Positions 43,694 to 55,021 are shown, counted from the first letter of the stretch. The stretch: 64,000 nucleotides of DNA from an uncultured Verrucomicrobiae bacterium (GCA_963772365.1 CAVYXA010000001.1:832001-896000); one strand, 5' to 3'. Translations and numbers: made by a program. Notes: generated from the letters alone by a model not told the origin.

Positions 43694-45034
43694 GTGCGCG
43701 GGGAAGATCGACATCGTCGTGAATCGCTAGCCGAGCCGTTACCCGCTACTCCTGCCCTTCCACCCGGAACAACCCAACGCACGCTCGCCATTATCATGGG
43801 CGGTGGCGCCGGTACGCGCCTGTTTCCGTTGACGAAGGATCGAGCAAAACCAGCAGTGCCGCTGGGCGGAAAATACCGATTGGTCGATATCCCGATCAGT
43901 AACTGTCTCAACTCGGGGCTGCGCTCGATTTATGTGCTGACGCAATTCAACACGATGTCGCTGCATCGGCACATTCAGGCCAGCTATAAGTTCGACAATT
44001 TTTCGCGCAGCTTTGTCGATATTTTGGCGGCGCAACAAACGCCGGCCGGCGCGCATTGGTATCAGGGAACTGCTGACGCCGTCCGCCAAAACATGCGCTA
44101 CTTTCTCGAGCATCCCTTCGAGTACTATCTGATTCTGAGCGGCGACCAGCTCTACCGAATGGATTTCCGGTCCCTACTTCATCAGCATATTCGGTCCGGG
44201 GCGGAAATAACACTGGCGACCAAACCGGTGCATCGCGATCACGTTTCCGAATTTGGGATCATGCGAAGCGACGTCGATCGGCGAATCACGCGATTCCTGG
44301 AAAAGCCGACGGACGAAGCCGCGATTACCGAGATGAAAATGAGCCGGGAACTACTGGCGGCGGTGGACTTAAACCAGGACGAGGAGCTGTTCCAAGCATC
44401 CATGGGCATTTATGTGTTTAACCGTGATGTGCTGGTGAAATGCCTCGATAACGACCTCGCGGATTTTGGGAAACACGTCATTCCGCAATCGATCCGCGAA
44501 CGACACGTGAGCGCTTACATTTTCAACGGTTACTGGGAAGACATCGGAACAATCCGCGCATTTTACGAAGCGAATCTCGATCTGACCAACATCATGCCGG
44601 AATATAGTTTTTTCGAACCGGATACGCCGATTTACACGCATCCGCGCTTTTTGCCGGGCAGTAAAGTCAATGGAGCCACGTTGCGGCAGGCCCTCATCTC
44701 GGATGGATGCATTATTTCCGATGCCCACCTGGAACGATGTGTAATCGGTATTCGGAGCGTGATCCACAACGGCGCGACCATTCGTAACAGCATTATCATG
44801 GGCGCGGATCATTTCGAATTGGACGGTGCGGACTCGGGCCAGCCGCCAATCGGAATCGGGCGAAATTGCGTAATTGATCGGGCTATCATCGACAAGAACG
44901 CCCGAATCGCTGATGGAGTAGTGATTACGCCGGAAGGCAAACCGGAGAATGTCGACGGCGAAAATTACTTCATCCGCGATGGCATCGTGGTCGTGCCGAA
45001 GAATGCGGTCATCCCGGCCGGGTTCTGGATCTAA
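43694..45034 (+). CDS. glgC: Glucose-1-phosphate adenylyltransferase
   Basis: GGGAGTRLFPLT..RAKPAVP.GGKYRL, WYQGTADAV, ILSGDQLY, EKP, ASMGIY, YWEDIGT. Confidence 0.97.
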   Translation: MRGEDRHRRESLAEPLPATPALPPGTTQRTLAIIMGGGAGTRLFPLTKDRAKPAVPLGGKYRLVDIPISNCLNSGLRSIYVLTQFNTMSLHRHIQASYKFDNFSRSFVDILAAQQTPAGAHWYQGTADAVRQNMRYFLEHPFEYYLILSGDQLYRMDFRSLLHQHIRSGAEITLATKPVHRDHVSEFGIMRSDVDRRITRFLEKPTDEAAITEMKMSRELLAAVDLNQDEELFQASMGIYVFNRDVLVKCLDNDLADFGKHVIPQSIRERHVSAYIFNGYWEDIGTIRAFYEANLDLTNIMPEYSFFEPDTPIYTHPRFLPGSKVNGATLRQALISDGCIISDAHLERCVIGIRSVIHNGATIRNSIIMGADHFELDGADSGQPPIGIGRNCVIDRAIIDKNARIADGVVITPEGKPENVDGENYFIRDGIVVVPKNAVIPAGFWI

Positions 45035-45061
45035 TTTGGGCGGAGCTGCTTCGCAGCAGGA

Positions 45062-45286
45062 TTAGCGTCGATCGCTCGAACTGGCGCCCTGCAATTGGGA
45101 GAGCTGCTGACCCTGCTCCCATTTTTCCTGCTGGTTCCACGGAATGTTCGACTCCGCTCTTGCGTCAGGATCGTCAACTAAACGAGGCGTAGTCTTTGGG
45201 CTAACGCATGAACTCAGCACGAGCGACGCGCTGATGAGCAGCAATGGGCAAATCCTTTTTAGAAAATCAGGAACTCGGTCCGGCAT
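45062..45286 (-). CDS. Small putative lipoprotein
   Basis: LLLISASLVLSSC lipobox-like; SNIPWNQQEKWE. Confidence 0.55.
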   Translation of the reverse strand: MPDRVPDFLKRICPLLLISASLVLSSCVSPKTTPRLVDDPDARAESNIPWNQQEKWEQGQQLSQLQGASSSDRR

Positions 45287-46076
45287 AAACTACAATATCG
45301 CCGCGTTCAACATGAGTGCCGCGGCCCAAACTTCTGGTGACTATATCGCCGATGGCAGTCGCAGGTTCAACTGAAGAGATGCGAATTTTGCCAATAACAA
45401 CACCATCGCGAACGACCAGCATTTCCGAATTTACTTCGACGCCCTGCCGACCGCCAAGATTGAGAACCACAAAATTGTAGGCTTGGTTCACCGCCATGAC
45501 CGTCCCGCGCACGCCAGGTTTCGCTCGGGCTGCGCTCCGGCGTTTCCGCTGATCTTCCAGTTGCGCGGTGCGTTCCCGCGCGGCGTGAAGCTTGTCTAGC
45601 AAAAACTTCTTCTCCTGTTCGGCACTCTCCAGCGCTTGCCGGGATTCATCGAGTTGCGCTTGCATTTCATTCGACGTCGCGGCTCCAGGAATTTCGCTGG
45701 CAGGTTTACCAGTGGCGTCCGTAATGTTTTTTTGCAACATCGTGATCTCCGCTTCATCCGCCTTGATTTTCGACCGAAGATCGGCTCGTTCCTTCTGCGC
45801 CCTCTCCAAATCGGCTTCCGCCCTAATCGCTCTCGACTCCGCCTTCGTGACCGCCTGCGCTGCATCGGACGCGATTGCTTCCCCGGTAGTGAGCGTGTTT
45901 ACATTGACGAGCGTCTCAGGGCGTTTTGGAGCAGCCTCGGTCTGCATGCTGACGTTTGACATTCCGGCGACAATCCCTTTCACCTTGAAATGGTTCACCA
46001 GGCTCAAGCCGGCTGCGACAATCAGCATCGACAGCGAAATTCCCACCAACGTTCTTGAGGTCTGAGCGGAAGTCAT
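45267..46076 (-). CDS. Membrane-anchored coiled-coil hypothetical protein
   Basis: N-terminal TM, long coiled coil, C-terminal G.V.AVN..YNFVVLNLG..QGV beta domain. Confidence 0.7.
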   Translation of the reverse strand: MTSAQTSRTLVGISLSMLIVAAGLSLVNHFKVKGIVAGMSNVSMQTEAAPKRPETLVNVNTLTTGEAIASDAAQAVTKAESRAIRAEADLERAQKERADLRSKIKADEAEITMLQKNITDATGKPASEIPGAATSNEMQAQLDESRQALESAEQEKKFLLDKLHAARERTAQLEDQRKRRSAARAKPGVRGTVMAVNQAYNFVVLNLGGRQGVEVNSEMLVVRDGVVIGKIRISSVEPATAIGDIVTRSLGRGTHVERGDIVVYAGPSS

Positions 46077-46212
46077 GGTTGCAAAAAACAGGGGGCGAGT
46101 TAAGCGAGAACCTCTCAAAAAAGCAATTCTGAATATTTGGCCAAAATATCTCTTCCCACGGACTCGAAATCCCATTGCGCGTGCGGGGCTTTCAAGCTAT
46201 ACGACCTGACCC

Positions 46213-46341
46213 ATGGGACAGCAGCATCGAGTTCGAACCAAACGCAAACGGCGAAAGGCATATCTCCAAAGGAAACGGGATGCGCGAAGGACGATGCAGG
46301 AAAAGCCAAAAGCGAAGCCGAAAAAACAACCTGCTGAATAA
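46213..46341 (+). CDS. Small highly basic protein (42 aa)
   Basis: MGQQHRVRTKRKRRKAYLQRKRDARRTMQEKPKAKPKKQPAE; below the ORF-track length cutoff; fills an intergenic gap. Confidence 0.6.
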   Translation: MGQQHRVRTKRKRRKAYLQRKRDARRTMQEKPKAKPKKQPAE

Positions 46342-46350
46342 ACCCAGATG

Positions 46351-46779
46351 TCAGGCCGCGCCGGCGAGCGTCGGTTCCTGCCTGGCGCGCAACTGAGAAG
46401 TAGCCAGCACTCGGGCGAGCACGCAGTAAAGCTGCTCAATCGGCAAATTCTTACTCACGTAACCATTGGCGCCAGCCCGCAAAGCTGCATGCATCTGCTC
46501 CTCATCGTAGCCCACGCCGGTAAAGACGACGATGGGGATTTTGTCGTTGATCTCCCTGATGAAAGAAATGAGCGAGATACCATCGACTTTCGGCATTTTA
46601 AGATCGACAACCACGACGTCACAATCGTGGTGGGCGAGCCAATTCGCGGTCAAGAAACCATCGGTCAAAGCTTCGCAGGTATGGCCTTTTTGGCGGAGGT
46701 AGGTTATGAGGAAACGGGCAATGCCTGGATCATCGTCGATGATAAGGAATTGAGCGGAGTCCCGGGTCGGATCTTTCAT
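46351..46779 (-). CDS. Single-domain response regulator (receiver)
   Basis: LIIDDD, VVVDLKMPKVDG, VFTG, GANGYVSK. Confidence 0.9.
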   Translation of the reverse strand: MKDPTRDSAQFLIIDDDPGIARFLITYLRQKGHTCEALTDGFLTANWLAHHDCDVVVVDLKMPKVDGISLISFIREINDKIPIVVFTGVGYDEEQMHAALRAGANGYVSKNLPIEQLYCVLARVLATSQLRARQEPTLAGAA

Positions 46780-46883
46780 GCTTATAATTATTAGAAAGCA
46801 CTAAGCTTGCCAAGTTCCCTCCGGCCCTTTTACTCCCGGCGGTCTTACATGACACCCGGACTGAAGATTTCGCTCGGCGAACC

Positions 46884-47909
46884 CTATTTTCCCGTGTTTA
46901 ACCCGAGTTTTCGCTCGATTGCTTTTACGCGCTCGAAAAACTGCCCCAGCCGGCGGACCCAGGCGATTTGAATTTTCGCTTCCTTCAACGGAACGGAGGG
47001 CGTCGCCCACCAGATTCCTCCCTTCAGGTCTTTAGAAACCCCGGTTTGGGCTCCTATCATTGTGCCATCGCTGATCTCGATGTGGCCAATAATCCCAGCC
47101 TGACCGCCAATCATTACTCCCCGCCCAATCCGGACACTTCCGGCAACGCCGACCTGGGCGGCCAGCACGGAATTTTTTCCTATCACAACGTTGTGCGCGA
47201 TCTGAACGAGGTTGTCGATCTTGGCGCCTTCCTGAATCCAGGTGCGGCCAAAGCGTGCGCGATCGATGGTTGTGTTCGCACCGATTTCCACGTCATCATC
47301 GATCTGGACCATGCCGAGCTGCGGTATCTTTTTTTGCTGTCCCTGCTCGATCTCGAAACCGAACCCATCGGCGCCGATAACCGCGCCGCTGTGGATGATC
47401 ACACTCGCTCCAATCTGGGTGCGCTCGCGGATCGTCACTCGGGGGTAGATCACACAATCGGGGCCAATCGTTGTTTCGTGACCGATATAAGTTCCGGCAC
47501 CGATGATCGTATTATCACCGATGCGGACCCCTTGCTCGATCACCGCATACGGCTGAATTGAAACGCGCTGCCCGAGATTTGCTCCAGAATCGACAATGGC
47601 AGTGGAATGAATGCCAGGCTTAAATTTGATTGGCCTCGGCGCAAACTTGAGCACGACCTGCTCAAACGCCTTCGTGGGATTTGCCACCCGGATTTGCGAG
47701 CCAACAATTTTCTCGCGGAAATCAGCGGGAACAAAAGCGGCTGAAGCGCCGGTTTTGCGAAACGCTGCGAGATACCGTGGATTCCCGTAGAACGTGATCT
47801 CGCCGGGAGTGGCTTCATTCACCGACGCCACGCCAGTGATTTTCTCCTCGGGATTACCTTCCAGTTCGCCGCCGCACATCGCGGCCAGTTGGCCAAGTGT
47901 GAAAGTCAC
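46884..47909 (-). CDS. lpxD: UDP-3-O-acylglucosamine N-acyltransferase
   Basis: Hexapeptide repeats, IGADGFG, IPQLG.V.I.DDVEIGANTTIDR, KIDNLVQIAHNV. Confidence 0.95.
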   Translation of the reverse strand: MTFTLGQLAAMCGGELEGNPEEKITGVASVNEATPGEITFYGNPRYLAAFRKTGASAAFVPADFREKIVGSQIRVANPTKAFEQVVLKFAPRPIKFKPGIHSTAIVDSGANLGQRVSIQPYAVIEQGVRIGDNTIIGAGTYIGHETTIGPDCVIYPRVTIRERTQIGASVIIHSGAVIGADGFGFEIEQGQQKKIPQLGMVQIDDDVEIGANTTIDRARFGRTWIQEGAKIDNLVQIAHNVVIGKNSVLAAQVGVAGSVRIGRGVMIGGQAGIIGHIEISDGTMIGAQTGVSKDLKGGIWWATPSVPLKEAKIQIAWVRRLGQFFERVKAIERKLGLNTGK

Positions 47910-47952
47910 AGTAGCACTTCATTCCGGGCAAGGGGCAGCGGCATAACGCGGA

Positions 47953-48920
47953 TCATTTGGCCACGCTCGCCCGCACTTCGTCCAATTTGCCGGCCGAACC
48001 AAGCTTTTCGTTCTTGTGGGCAATAAAGTTTGCGTATTCCTGGACGAAAATTTTTCCGGATCGCGAAAATCGAATTTCTCGGGATGATCGCGGAAAAATT
48101 CCCGATGCACCCGAGTCCAAACCAGACGGCCATCCGTGTCGATGTTGACTTTGGTCACGCCCAGTTTTGCCGCGGGAAGGTATTCCTCCTCGTTCACTCC
48201 GCGGGCTGAAGGATCGAGTTTACCTCCGGCAGCGTTGATTCGCTCGACTTCCGATTTGGGAACACTCGATGAGCCGTGCATCACAATCGGCGTCGGCGGC
48301 AAACCGGCGGCCTTCACCTTGTCACGGATTCCCTCGATTACTTCGAAATGCAGGGATTGCGTGCCTTTGAATTTGTAGGCCCCATGGCTCGTGCCGATCG
48401 CCGCCGCCAACGAATCACATTTGGTTTGTTTAATAAACTCGACCGCTTCGTCCGGGTTGGTGAGACAGGCGTGTTTTTCATCCACACTGATGTCTTCCTC
48501 GACTCCACCCAGCATCCCGAGCTCCGCTTCAACGCTGATGCCCTTGGCGTGCGCACGCTCGACCACGCGTTTCGTGATCGCGACATTTTCCTCAAAGGAC
48601 TCGTGACTGGCATCGATCATCACCGAGCTGTAGAAGCCGGACTCAATGCAATCGTAGCAAGCTTCTTCATCTCCATGATCGAGATGCACGGCGAAAATTG
48701 CCTCCGGGAAAATCTCCTCCGCCGCCCGGATGATGGCTTCGAGCATGCTTTTTTCGGCGTATTTCCGGGCGCCTTTGGAAAGCTGGATGATAAATGGCGC
48801 CTTGCTTTGGACATTGCCGCGGAACAATCCGAGACATTGTTCCATGTTGTTGATGTTATATGCGCCGACAGCAAATTTACCGTAGGCGACTTTATAAAGC
48901 TGAGCGGTAGTAACAATCAT
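47953..48920 (-). CDS. fba: Class II fructose-bisphosphate aldolase (3' frameshift)
   Basis: VHLDHG, SSVMIDAS, VEAELG, AIGTSHGAYK, VMHGSS, KVNIDTD. Confidence 0.95.
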
Positions 48921-49034
48921 ACGGTTAGGATGTCGATTTTACGCCGGGCGCGCAAACAGAGATCGCATCTTACGCGGAAATTCCAGCAACGCCACTGTCG
49001 GCTCATCCCGAGCGACTCGAAAGAAACGATTTTG

Positions 49035-51070
49035 TCAATGTCCGTTGCGGCTGGCGGGCAGGATGACGTTGACCAGTGTGCCATGCGAGGAAGAATCGAT
49101 TTCGACCCGGCCATGATGATCAAAGACGGTGCGTTTCACGATAGGCAGGCCAAGACCGATGCCACGCGGTTTGGTCGTGCAAAATGGAGAAAAGACTTTC
49201 TCCTTCATTTCCGGCGCGATTCCTCGCCCATTATCACGAACTGTGACCATCACTCCCGTTGCCCGCTTCCCCGCCCGGAGCGATTTGGCTGAAAGCGTGA
49301 TGCGTGGCTTGTTTTTGCCTGATAAAGCCTCAGCCGCGTTAGCGACCAGATGCGCGAATGCTTCGGCCAATGCGGTTTCGTCGCCAAAAACTTTGGGCAG
49401 ATCCTTGGGCAGGGACATTTCCACAAGCAATCCGCCATCGGTGCGAAACTGGTCTTTAGCCATGTTGATCCCTTTCTGCAACGCGCCGCGGACATCGAGC
49501 GGCTTCAACACCAGTTCTGGTGGATGAGCAAAAGTGTTGATCTGAGTAATGATCTTATCGAGGCGATCAATCTCTCTCAGAACGATCTGGTTGAATTCCT
49601 TCCGGAAATCTTTGTCGTCGAAGCGTTCCGGGAGCAATTGAGCAAAGGTCTTGATCGCGACGAGCGGATTGCGAATTTCGTGCGACATACTGGCGGCCAA
49701 ATCGCTCCAGAAGGCAGCGCGCTCGGCCAGCGCTTCCTTGTCCCGGAGTGTTTGCTCGGCAGTGAGATCCTCAATGACTGCGACGGCGCCGAGTAACTTG
49801 CCAGCATCGATAAGTCGCCGCGCCTGTACCGAAATTTTTCGCCGCGTTTGATGGTCCGTCCATTCTTCTATGAGGGGATCCTCTTTCGCATCCAGAGTTT
49901 CGCGCAGCATTCCGGCCAGTCTACTGCCAGCCGCCTCAACTGCGTGATTCAAAACATATTCACTGGAAAAGCCAAGAATCTGTTCTGCGGTCGGATTTAG
50001 CCAGCGAACAATGCCTTCCTGATCGGTTGCGATGATGCCGGGAGGAATGGCCTTGAGCAGGGTTTCAGCGAGAGTCTTCTGCAACGTTGTCTCTTCGTGC
50101 AGAAGCGCGTTCTCCAGCACAGTCGAAACGTGCTCGGCCAGCATCATCACCACTTCCAGATCGCGATCATCGAAACCCTGGCCATTGAAACGCTGGCCGA
50201 AAAACATCCAGCCAAGAATTTCATCGCGCGCAAACAATGGGATGATCGCTTCCGCGCCAAACGAATCCAGCGCTCGCCGCATAAGAGCGCGCTCTTTCTC
50301 CTCCGGTGTCTGAATGAGATTCTCTCGTGAAATGATCAAGGCCCGCCTCTCGAACCAACGCACCAGTGGATCGCGCTCGCCAAATTCCAGCTCGTAGGTT
50401 TCGCGCAGGCAACGCAGACCCGCGCGAAAGCGGTAATTTCCGTCTTGCGCGCTACGGGAAAAAATGCCGACTCGCGTCACCCCTGCGGCATCGGCGAAAC
50501 TTTCCACGACGTTGGCCAAAAGAAGATCGACATTGTCAAACCGGCGAAACACGCGCGGAAAGCGGAGCAAGGAAAACGAAACGCCGCCGCCGGGACGGCT
50601 CGGCGGAGAAACATCGACTGCATTTGCCAGTGCGGGAGACGTTACCTGCCCGCCGTAACTTTGATGAAGTTTCGTCGATCTTTCGCGGAGATCACGATTT
50701 TCCTGCAAGACTTGGAGATGCTCGAAAGCTCTCCGGGCTATTGCCTGGAAACGGCGTCGGTCTACCTCCAACTTTTCCGTTGCATAGATTTCAAGCTGCT
50801 CGGCTTCGCGAAATGGGTCGGACCCCGGAATGCCGAGGGCGATGATTAATACATCGGGCCATTCGCTTTGCACCAACTCGAGAAGATCGCCGCTTCCCGG
50901 GCTCGCAAATCCATGATGAGAATCGCCGAGCCGGCCTGATGAAGCACTGGCTCGAGGCGTTGCGGCTCGGTCACGTGACGGACCTGCGAGAATGATCTCA
51001 GGTAAACTTTGATTCGTCGGCTAAGATCGGGGTCCTGGGTGTACAGAATGGAAGCGTGCGAAGGAGTCAT
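49035..51070 (-). CDS. Cytoplasmic sensor histidine kinase (receiver-like/GAF/PAS/HisKA/HATPase; frameshift near 50880)
   Basis: [26 protein letters not shown]; start overlaps the upstream kinase stop (ATGA). Confidence 0.88.
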
Positions 51071-53577
51071 GCCGCCGCCACCTCTCGGTCGAACCTGACC
51101 AGCGGAAGCATGATATGAAATGCAGTTCCCTTCTGCAGTTCACTTTCAACCTCGATCTGGCCCCCGTGCTCTTGAATGATTCCGTGTACAACGGATAGCC
51201 CTAATCCCGTGCCATAATCTTTTGTTGTGAAAAACGGATCGAAAACGTGAGCGATATCCTCGCTGCGTATTCCTTCCCCGGTATCTCGAATCGTGACACA
51301 AAGCACTTCCGCCGTGTCTCCGTTAGGCGAAGCTGTCCCTGAGCCCCATTGATCGTCTGTGCGAATTTCCGTAGCCACGCTCAGTTCGCCCCCATTTTTC
51401 ATCGCATCCATTGCATTAATAAAAAAATTCAGAAAAACCTGTTCCAGCTGATCCGAGTCGGCCCGTATTGTATCAACATTGGCGTCAAAAAAACGAGATA
51501 ATTTAACCTGCTTCTGCTGGAGCCGGTGATCCACGAGGCGGAGTGATTTCTCCAGAATTTCATGGACGTGCATCGGCTTGAGAACCGGCTTGGCCGGACG
51601 GGCGAACCGAAGCAATTGATTGACCAGACTGTCGATCCGTTCGATCTCATGGCCAATGAGGTTCGAGAACGTTTCCCGAAAATCCGAGTCCTGATAGCGT
51701 TCCGGCAGCAACTGAGCAAAGGTCTTGATGGAAACCAACGGGTTTTTGATTTCGTGCGCCATTCCGGCCGAAAGCGTGCCCAGGCTGGCCAGGCGATCGC
51801 TCCGGCGAATCTGCAATTCCAGCCGTTTAATTGAAGTCACATCCGTAAGCACCAGCAACGCCCCCAACATCTCCTGCTCCTGACCGTGGAAAACGGATGT
51901 GCTGGCTCTCACAACCACAGCCTCATCGTCGAAACGCAAAACGATTTCCCGATCCACCCGGTTCTCGCCTGTGTTCAGGGTTTCACGCAACTGTTCGGCC
52001 AATGACCGGGGGAGATCATCGAGCGACGCATCCACCATTTCATTGGGATCGATTCCGATGATCTGACCCGCTTCGTTGTTGAAAACGGTGATCCGCTCGT
52101 CTGTTCCGACCGCGATTACGCCGCTGGTCAGTTTTTCCAGCAAGGTTTCATTATAAATCTTCGCGTTTTGCACCTCGGTGAAGAGTTCTGCGTTTTCAAT
52201 CGCGACCGCGAGTTGTCCGCATAGAACCTGCAAGGCATTCTGCTCGACAGTTCCATAGATTCGCCCCGAGCGTCGCGCACCAAGCAAAAGGAGCCCGGCC
52301 AGTTGATCGCGAGCATAAATGCCCATGGCCAGCGCGATCTGGAGCGAATCTAACTGTCGCATCACACGGCGAAGCTCCGGCGTCGATCGGATTCGGTGCA
52401 ACTCGTCCAGGACAAGTGGTTCGCGACTTGAAGAAAGCTGCTCAATTGTGGCCTGATCTCGTGTCAGTTCCAATCGATAATGGGAACCAGGATCGACAGC
52501 CGGATACGCCTGGGAAAAGGCATGTTTTTGCGGCAACAAAATAAAGACGCGATCGGTCTCGACTGCTTCGGCCACAGTATTGGCGAATCGATCGAGCAGA
52601 TCGCTTAGAGTAGTGACGGAGCTAAGAATTTTCGCAGCTTTACTGACCGTCGCGCGAAAATCGAGCTGATGAGGCCGAATAAAAAGCCGTTCGGCCAAAC
52701 GTTGCGAGATGCCACGTGCCGGAGCCATCGCAATAGCGACAACGATGGCCGCTGCGACATGCGCGATGGAACGATGATTAGGATTGGAACCAACAACTGT
52801 TGAAACGAGCCACCAAACCACGGCGTAAACGGCGAGAAGATACCCCACGAGCAACCCGTAGGAAATCGAGCGCCGCAAAAGCAACCCCACATCCATGATC
52901 TTCTGCGTGGCAATCCCATAGGCGATTACAAGGCTGAACACTACAATTCGAAACGGAGCCAGCAGAGCCAGCTCCGATCGATCAACGAACAGTCCCAGAG
53001 CAAAAGACAACAGGGTGGTGACGACGGCTACACCAGCTCCAATGAGTATAAACGCAAGCTCGGCGCGCTTACCTGCCGTAACTTTTCTCAAGTCATTCGT
53101 GTAATTGACCATCACTGCGAGTCCGGCGATCCCAAAGTAACCAAAATAAACAATCGATGAGTGCTTGTGATAGATGGGAAGAATGGCTCCGGTGTGCTCG
53201 GAAAAACGCCCGCCTGCCAGAAACCAACTTGTTTGGCAAAATGCAGCCACAGCAGCATAACCAACCCACCAAATCCACGAATTGCGCAGCAGTTGCCACC
53301 AAGACCGCTCGCTGTATTTGATCGAAAGCCTCAGCAGGTTGAAGAGCGGCAGGGTAAGCGCTCCCATTGCCGATGCCTCGCGGATATAAAAGGCGGCAGT
53401 TAGAACGGTCTTGGCATTAAATGTTAGACACAAGCTCCCTAGCCATCCGCCAATAGCCAGAGACAAAAAAAGAAAACACTGATTCGACTTTCGCCTGGGA
53501 TTAGCCTGAAATACGATGGCACCCAGCGCGAGTTGAACGATAATCGCGGTAAGTGTGGGCGTGACGGCGCTGCTCAT
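51067..53577 (-). CDS. Membrane sensor histidine kinase (N-terminal multi-TM, GAF, PAS, HisKA)
   Basis: About 8-9 hydrophobic helices, GAF (LAVAIENAEL), AHEIKNPL, NAMDAM, DTGEGI, FFTTK..GTGLGL. Confidence 0.93.
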   Translation of the reverse strand: MSSAVTPTLTAIIVQLALGAIVFQANPRRKSNQCFLFLSLAIGGWLGSLCLTFNAKTVLTAAFYIREASAMGALTLPLFNLLRLSIKYSERSWWQLLRNSWIWWVGYAAVAAFCQTSWFLAGGRFSEHTGAILPIYHKHSSIVYFGYFGIAGLAVMVNYTNDLRKVTAGKRAELAFILIGAGVAVVTTLLSFALGLFVDRSELALLAPFRIVVFSLVIAYGIATQKIMDVGLLLRRSISYGLLVGYLLAVYAVVWWLVSTVVGSNPNHRSIAHVAAAIVVAIAMAPARGISQRLAERLFIRPHQLDFRATVSKAAKILSSVTTLSDLLDRFANTVAEAVETDRVFILLPQKHAFSQAYPAVDPGSHYRLELTRDQATIEQLSSSREPLVLDELHRIRSTPELRRVMRQLDSLQIALAMGIYARDQLAGLLLLGARRSGRIYGTVEQNALQVLCGQLAVAIENAELFTEVQNAKIYNETLLEKLTSGVIAVGTDERITVFNNEAGQIIGIDPNEMVDASLDDLPRSLAEQLRETLNTGENRVDREIVLRFDDEAVVVRASTSVFHGQEQEMLGALLVLTDVTSIKRLELQIRRSDRLASLGTLSAGMAHEIKNPLVSIKTFAQLLPERYQDSDFRETFSNLIGHEIERIDSLVNQLLRFARPAKPVLKPMHVHEILEKSLRLVDHRLQQKQVKLSRFFDANVDTIRADSDQLEQVFLNFFINAMDAMKNGGELSVATEIRTDDQWGSGTASPNGDTAEVLCVTIRDTGEGIRSEDIAHVFDPFFTTKDYGTGLGLSVVHGIIQEHGGQIEVESELQKGTAFHIMLPLVRFDREVAAA

Positions 53578-54818
53578 CCAGGTTGAACACGATTTACGAT
53601 CATTGTGCTAGCGGTCCCGCCGAGGCCGCGGACGTTGATTAAAGCCCGGTCGATCTTAGTTTTTCGCGGCCGAAACTGAACAAAATCGAGCTCGAAGCTC
53701 GGGTCCATAACTTCGCAGTTGGCCGTCGGCGGGATAACTTGATCCCGCAGGGTTAACGCACAAGCGGCTACTTGAAATGGGCCAGCAGCAGAGAGGGCAT
53801 TGCCCGTGACGCCTTTGATTGAGCTGACAGCGGTACGATAGACAGACGCTCCAAAAACTTTCTTTAAGAGCTCGACTTCTATTGCATCTAGTTGCGGATG
53901 GCCCGGTCCGTACGCCGAAACGTAGTCGATGTCGGTCGGAAACAACCCACTATTGGCAAGCGCGAGTAGCATTGAATCTTCCAAGCCGGATGCGGGTTTC
54001 GTGGTGTCGCGATCACGGCACTTGCCACAGCCTAGGACTTCTAAATAGATGTTCGCACCACGCGCGACCGCACAATCAAATTCTTCCAGCACGAAAACGG
54101 CAGACCCCTCCGAAATCACACCTGAGTCACGTTCTAGATCGAAAGGTCGGCTTGCCTTTCCCGGTTCGCTGTTCCGATAAGAAGCCAAACCACCTGCAAT
54201 AAAGCTTCCCATGACTAGTGGAGTGATCGGAGCATCCGTACCGCCAGCAATTGCCAATTCCGCGCGACCAGAGCGAATTAAAGCAGCAGCATCAGCCATT
54301 GCATCCAGCCCCGATGTACAAGCGGAAGATACAGTAGCGGCGTTTGCAGAAGCTCCAATTCGATCAGCGATGACATTGGCGGGCGTTGATGGAATTGCCG
54401 CAGCCGAGGTCGTTGTCGCCATCCGATTGGGTCCATGCGCGTTTGTCGATTGATACGCGGTCTCGATTAAGTCCATTGCGTTCATACTCACTCCAATCAC
54501 AATTGGCACCGGGCTTGGCAGCTTAGGCCGAATCGGATCCAGCCCGGCATCTTCCAATGCCATCATGGTTGCCGCGTAGGCCAACTGTGTATGGCGCGCC
54601 ATGCGTTTGGGCTTGAGTTCCGGTTCGATGTAGTCGAGCGGATCGAAATTCTTTACTTCTCCGGCAATGCGGCTTTTGAAATCGCTCGCATCAAACAAGG
54701 TGATTGGTCCGATACCGCTCCGCCCGGCCAAAAGCGATTCCCAAAACGGCTCAATACCGATTCCGTTTGGGGCAACAATACCCATGCCGGTGATAACAAC
54801 TCGATTCTGCCTGGTCAT
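53574..54818 (-). CDS. FabF-like beta-ketoacyl synthase with atypical active site
   Basis: RVVITGMG, SSACTSG, ASRPFD..R.G.V.SEG; SAYGPGH replaces NAHGT, KGVTGNAL replaces KS.TGH, NVRGLGG replaces NSFGFGG. Confidence 0.9.
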   Translation of the reverse strand: MTRQNRVVITGMGIVAPNGIGIEPFWESLLAGRSGIGPITLFDASDFKSRIAGEVKNFDPLDYIEPELKPKRMARHTQLAYAATMMALEDAGLDPIRPKLPSPVPIVIGVSMNAMDLIETAYQSTNAHGPNRMATTTSAAAIPSTPANVIADRIGASANAATVSSACTSGLDAMADAAALIRSGRAELAIAGGTDAPITPLVMGSFIAGGLASYRNSEPGKASRPFDLERDSGVISEGSAVFVLEEFDCAVARGANIYLEVLGCGKCRDRDTTKPASGLEDSMLLALANSGLFPTDIDYVSAYGPGHPQLDAIEVELLKKVFGASVYRTAVSSIKGVTGNALSAAGPFQVAACALTLRDQVIPPTANCEVMDPSFELDFVQFRPRKTKIDRALINVRGLGGTASTMIVNRVQPG

Positions 54819-54991
54819 GCGTGCACAACGTTACACAACTGAGGTAGCAAAAAAACAACCCGATTGTCGATCTTGATCCAAATGATCTAAAAAAAGTGGA
54901 TAGTCGCCGGGAAAGATCGGCCTCTCGCGCCGGATTCTAGAAAGTATATCACGTCCAGTCATTATGTTCTTTTTCCGAAACTAGAGCCGCG

Positions 54992-55021
54992 TTATTCACA
55001 AACAAATCTCACTTATTCACA
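54992..55021. promoter_or_regulatory. Direct repeat TTATTCACA-N12-TTATTCACA in a divergent promoter region
   Basis: Two exact 9-mers matching the DnaA-box consensus TTATNCACA, 21 bp apart. Confidence 0.5.

Noticed and set aside
54817..54876. 19-aa ORF as a precursor peptide for the LanB-like enzyme
   Set aside because: No RBS, no acidic leader motif, and it overlaps the KS start on the opposite strand.
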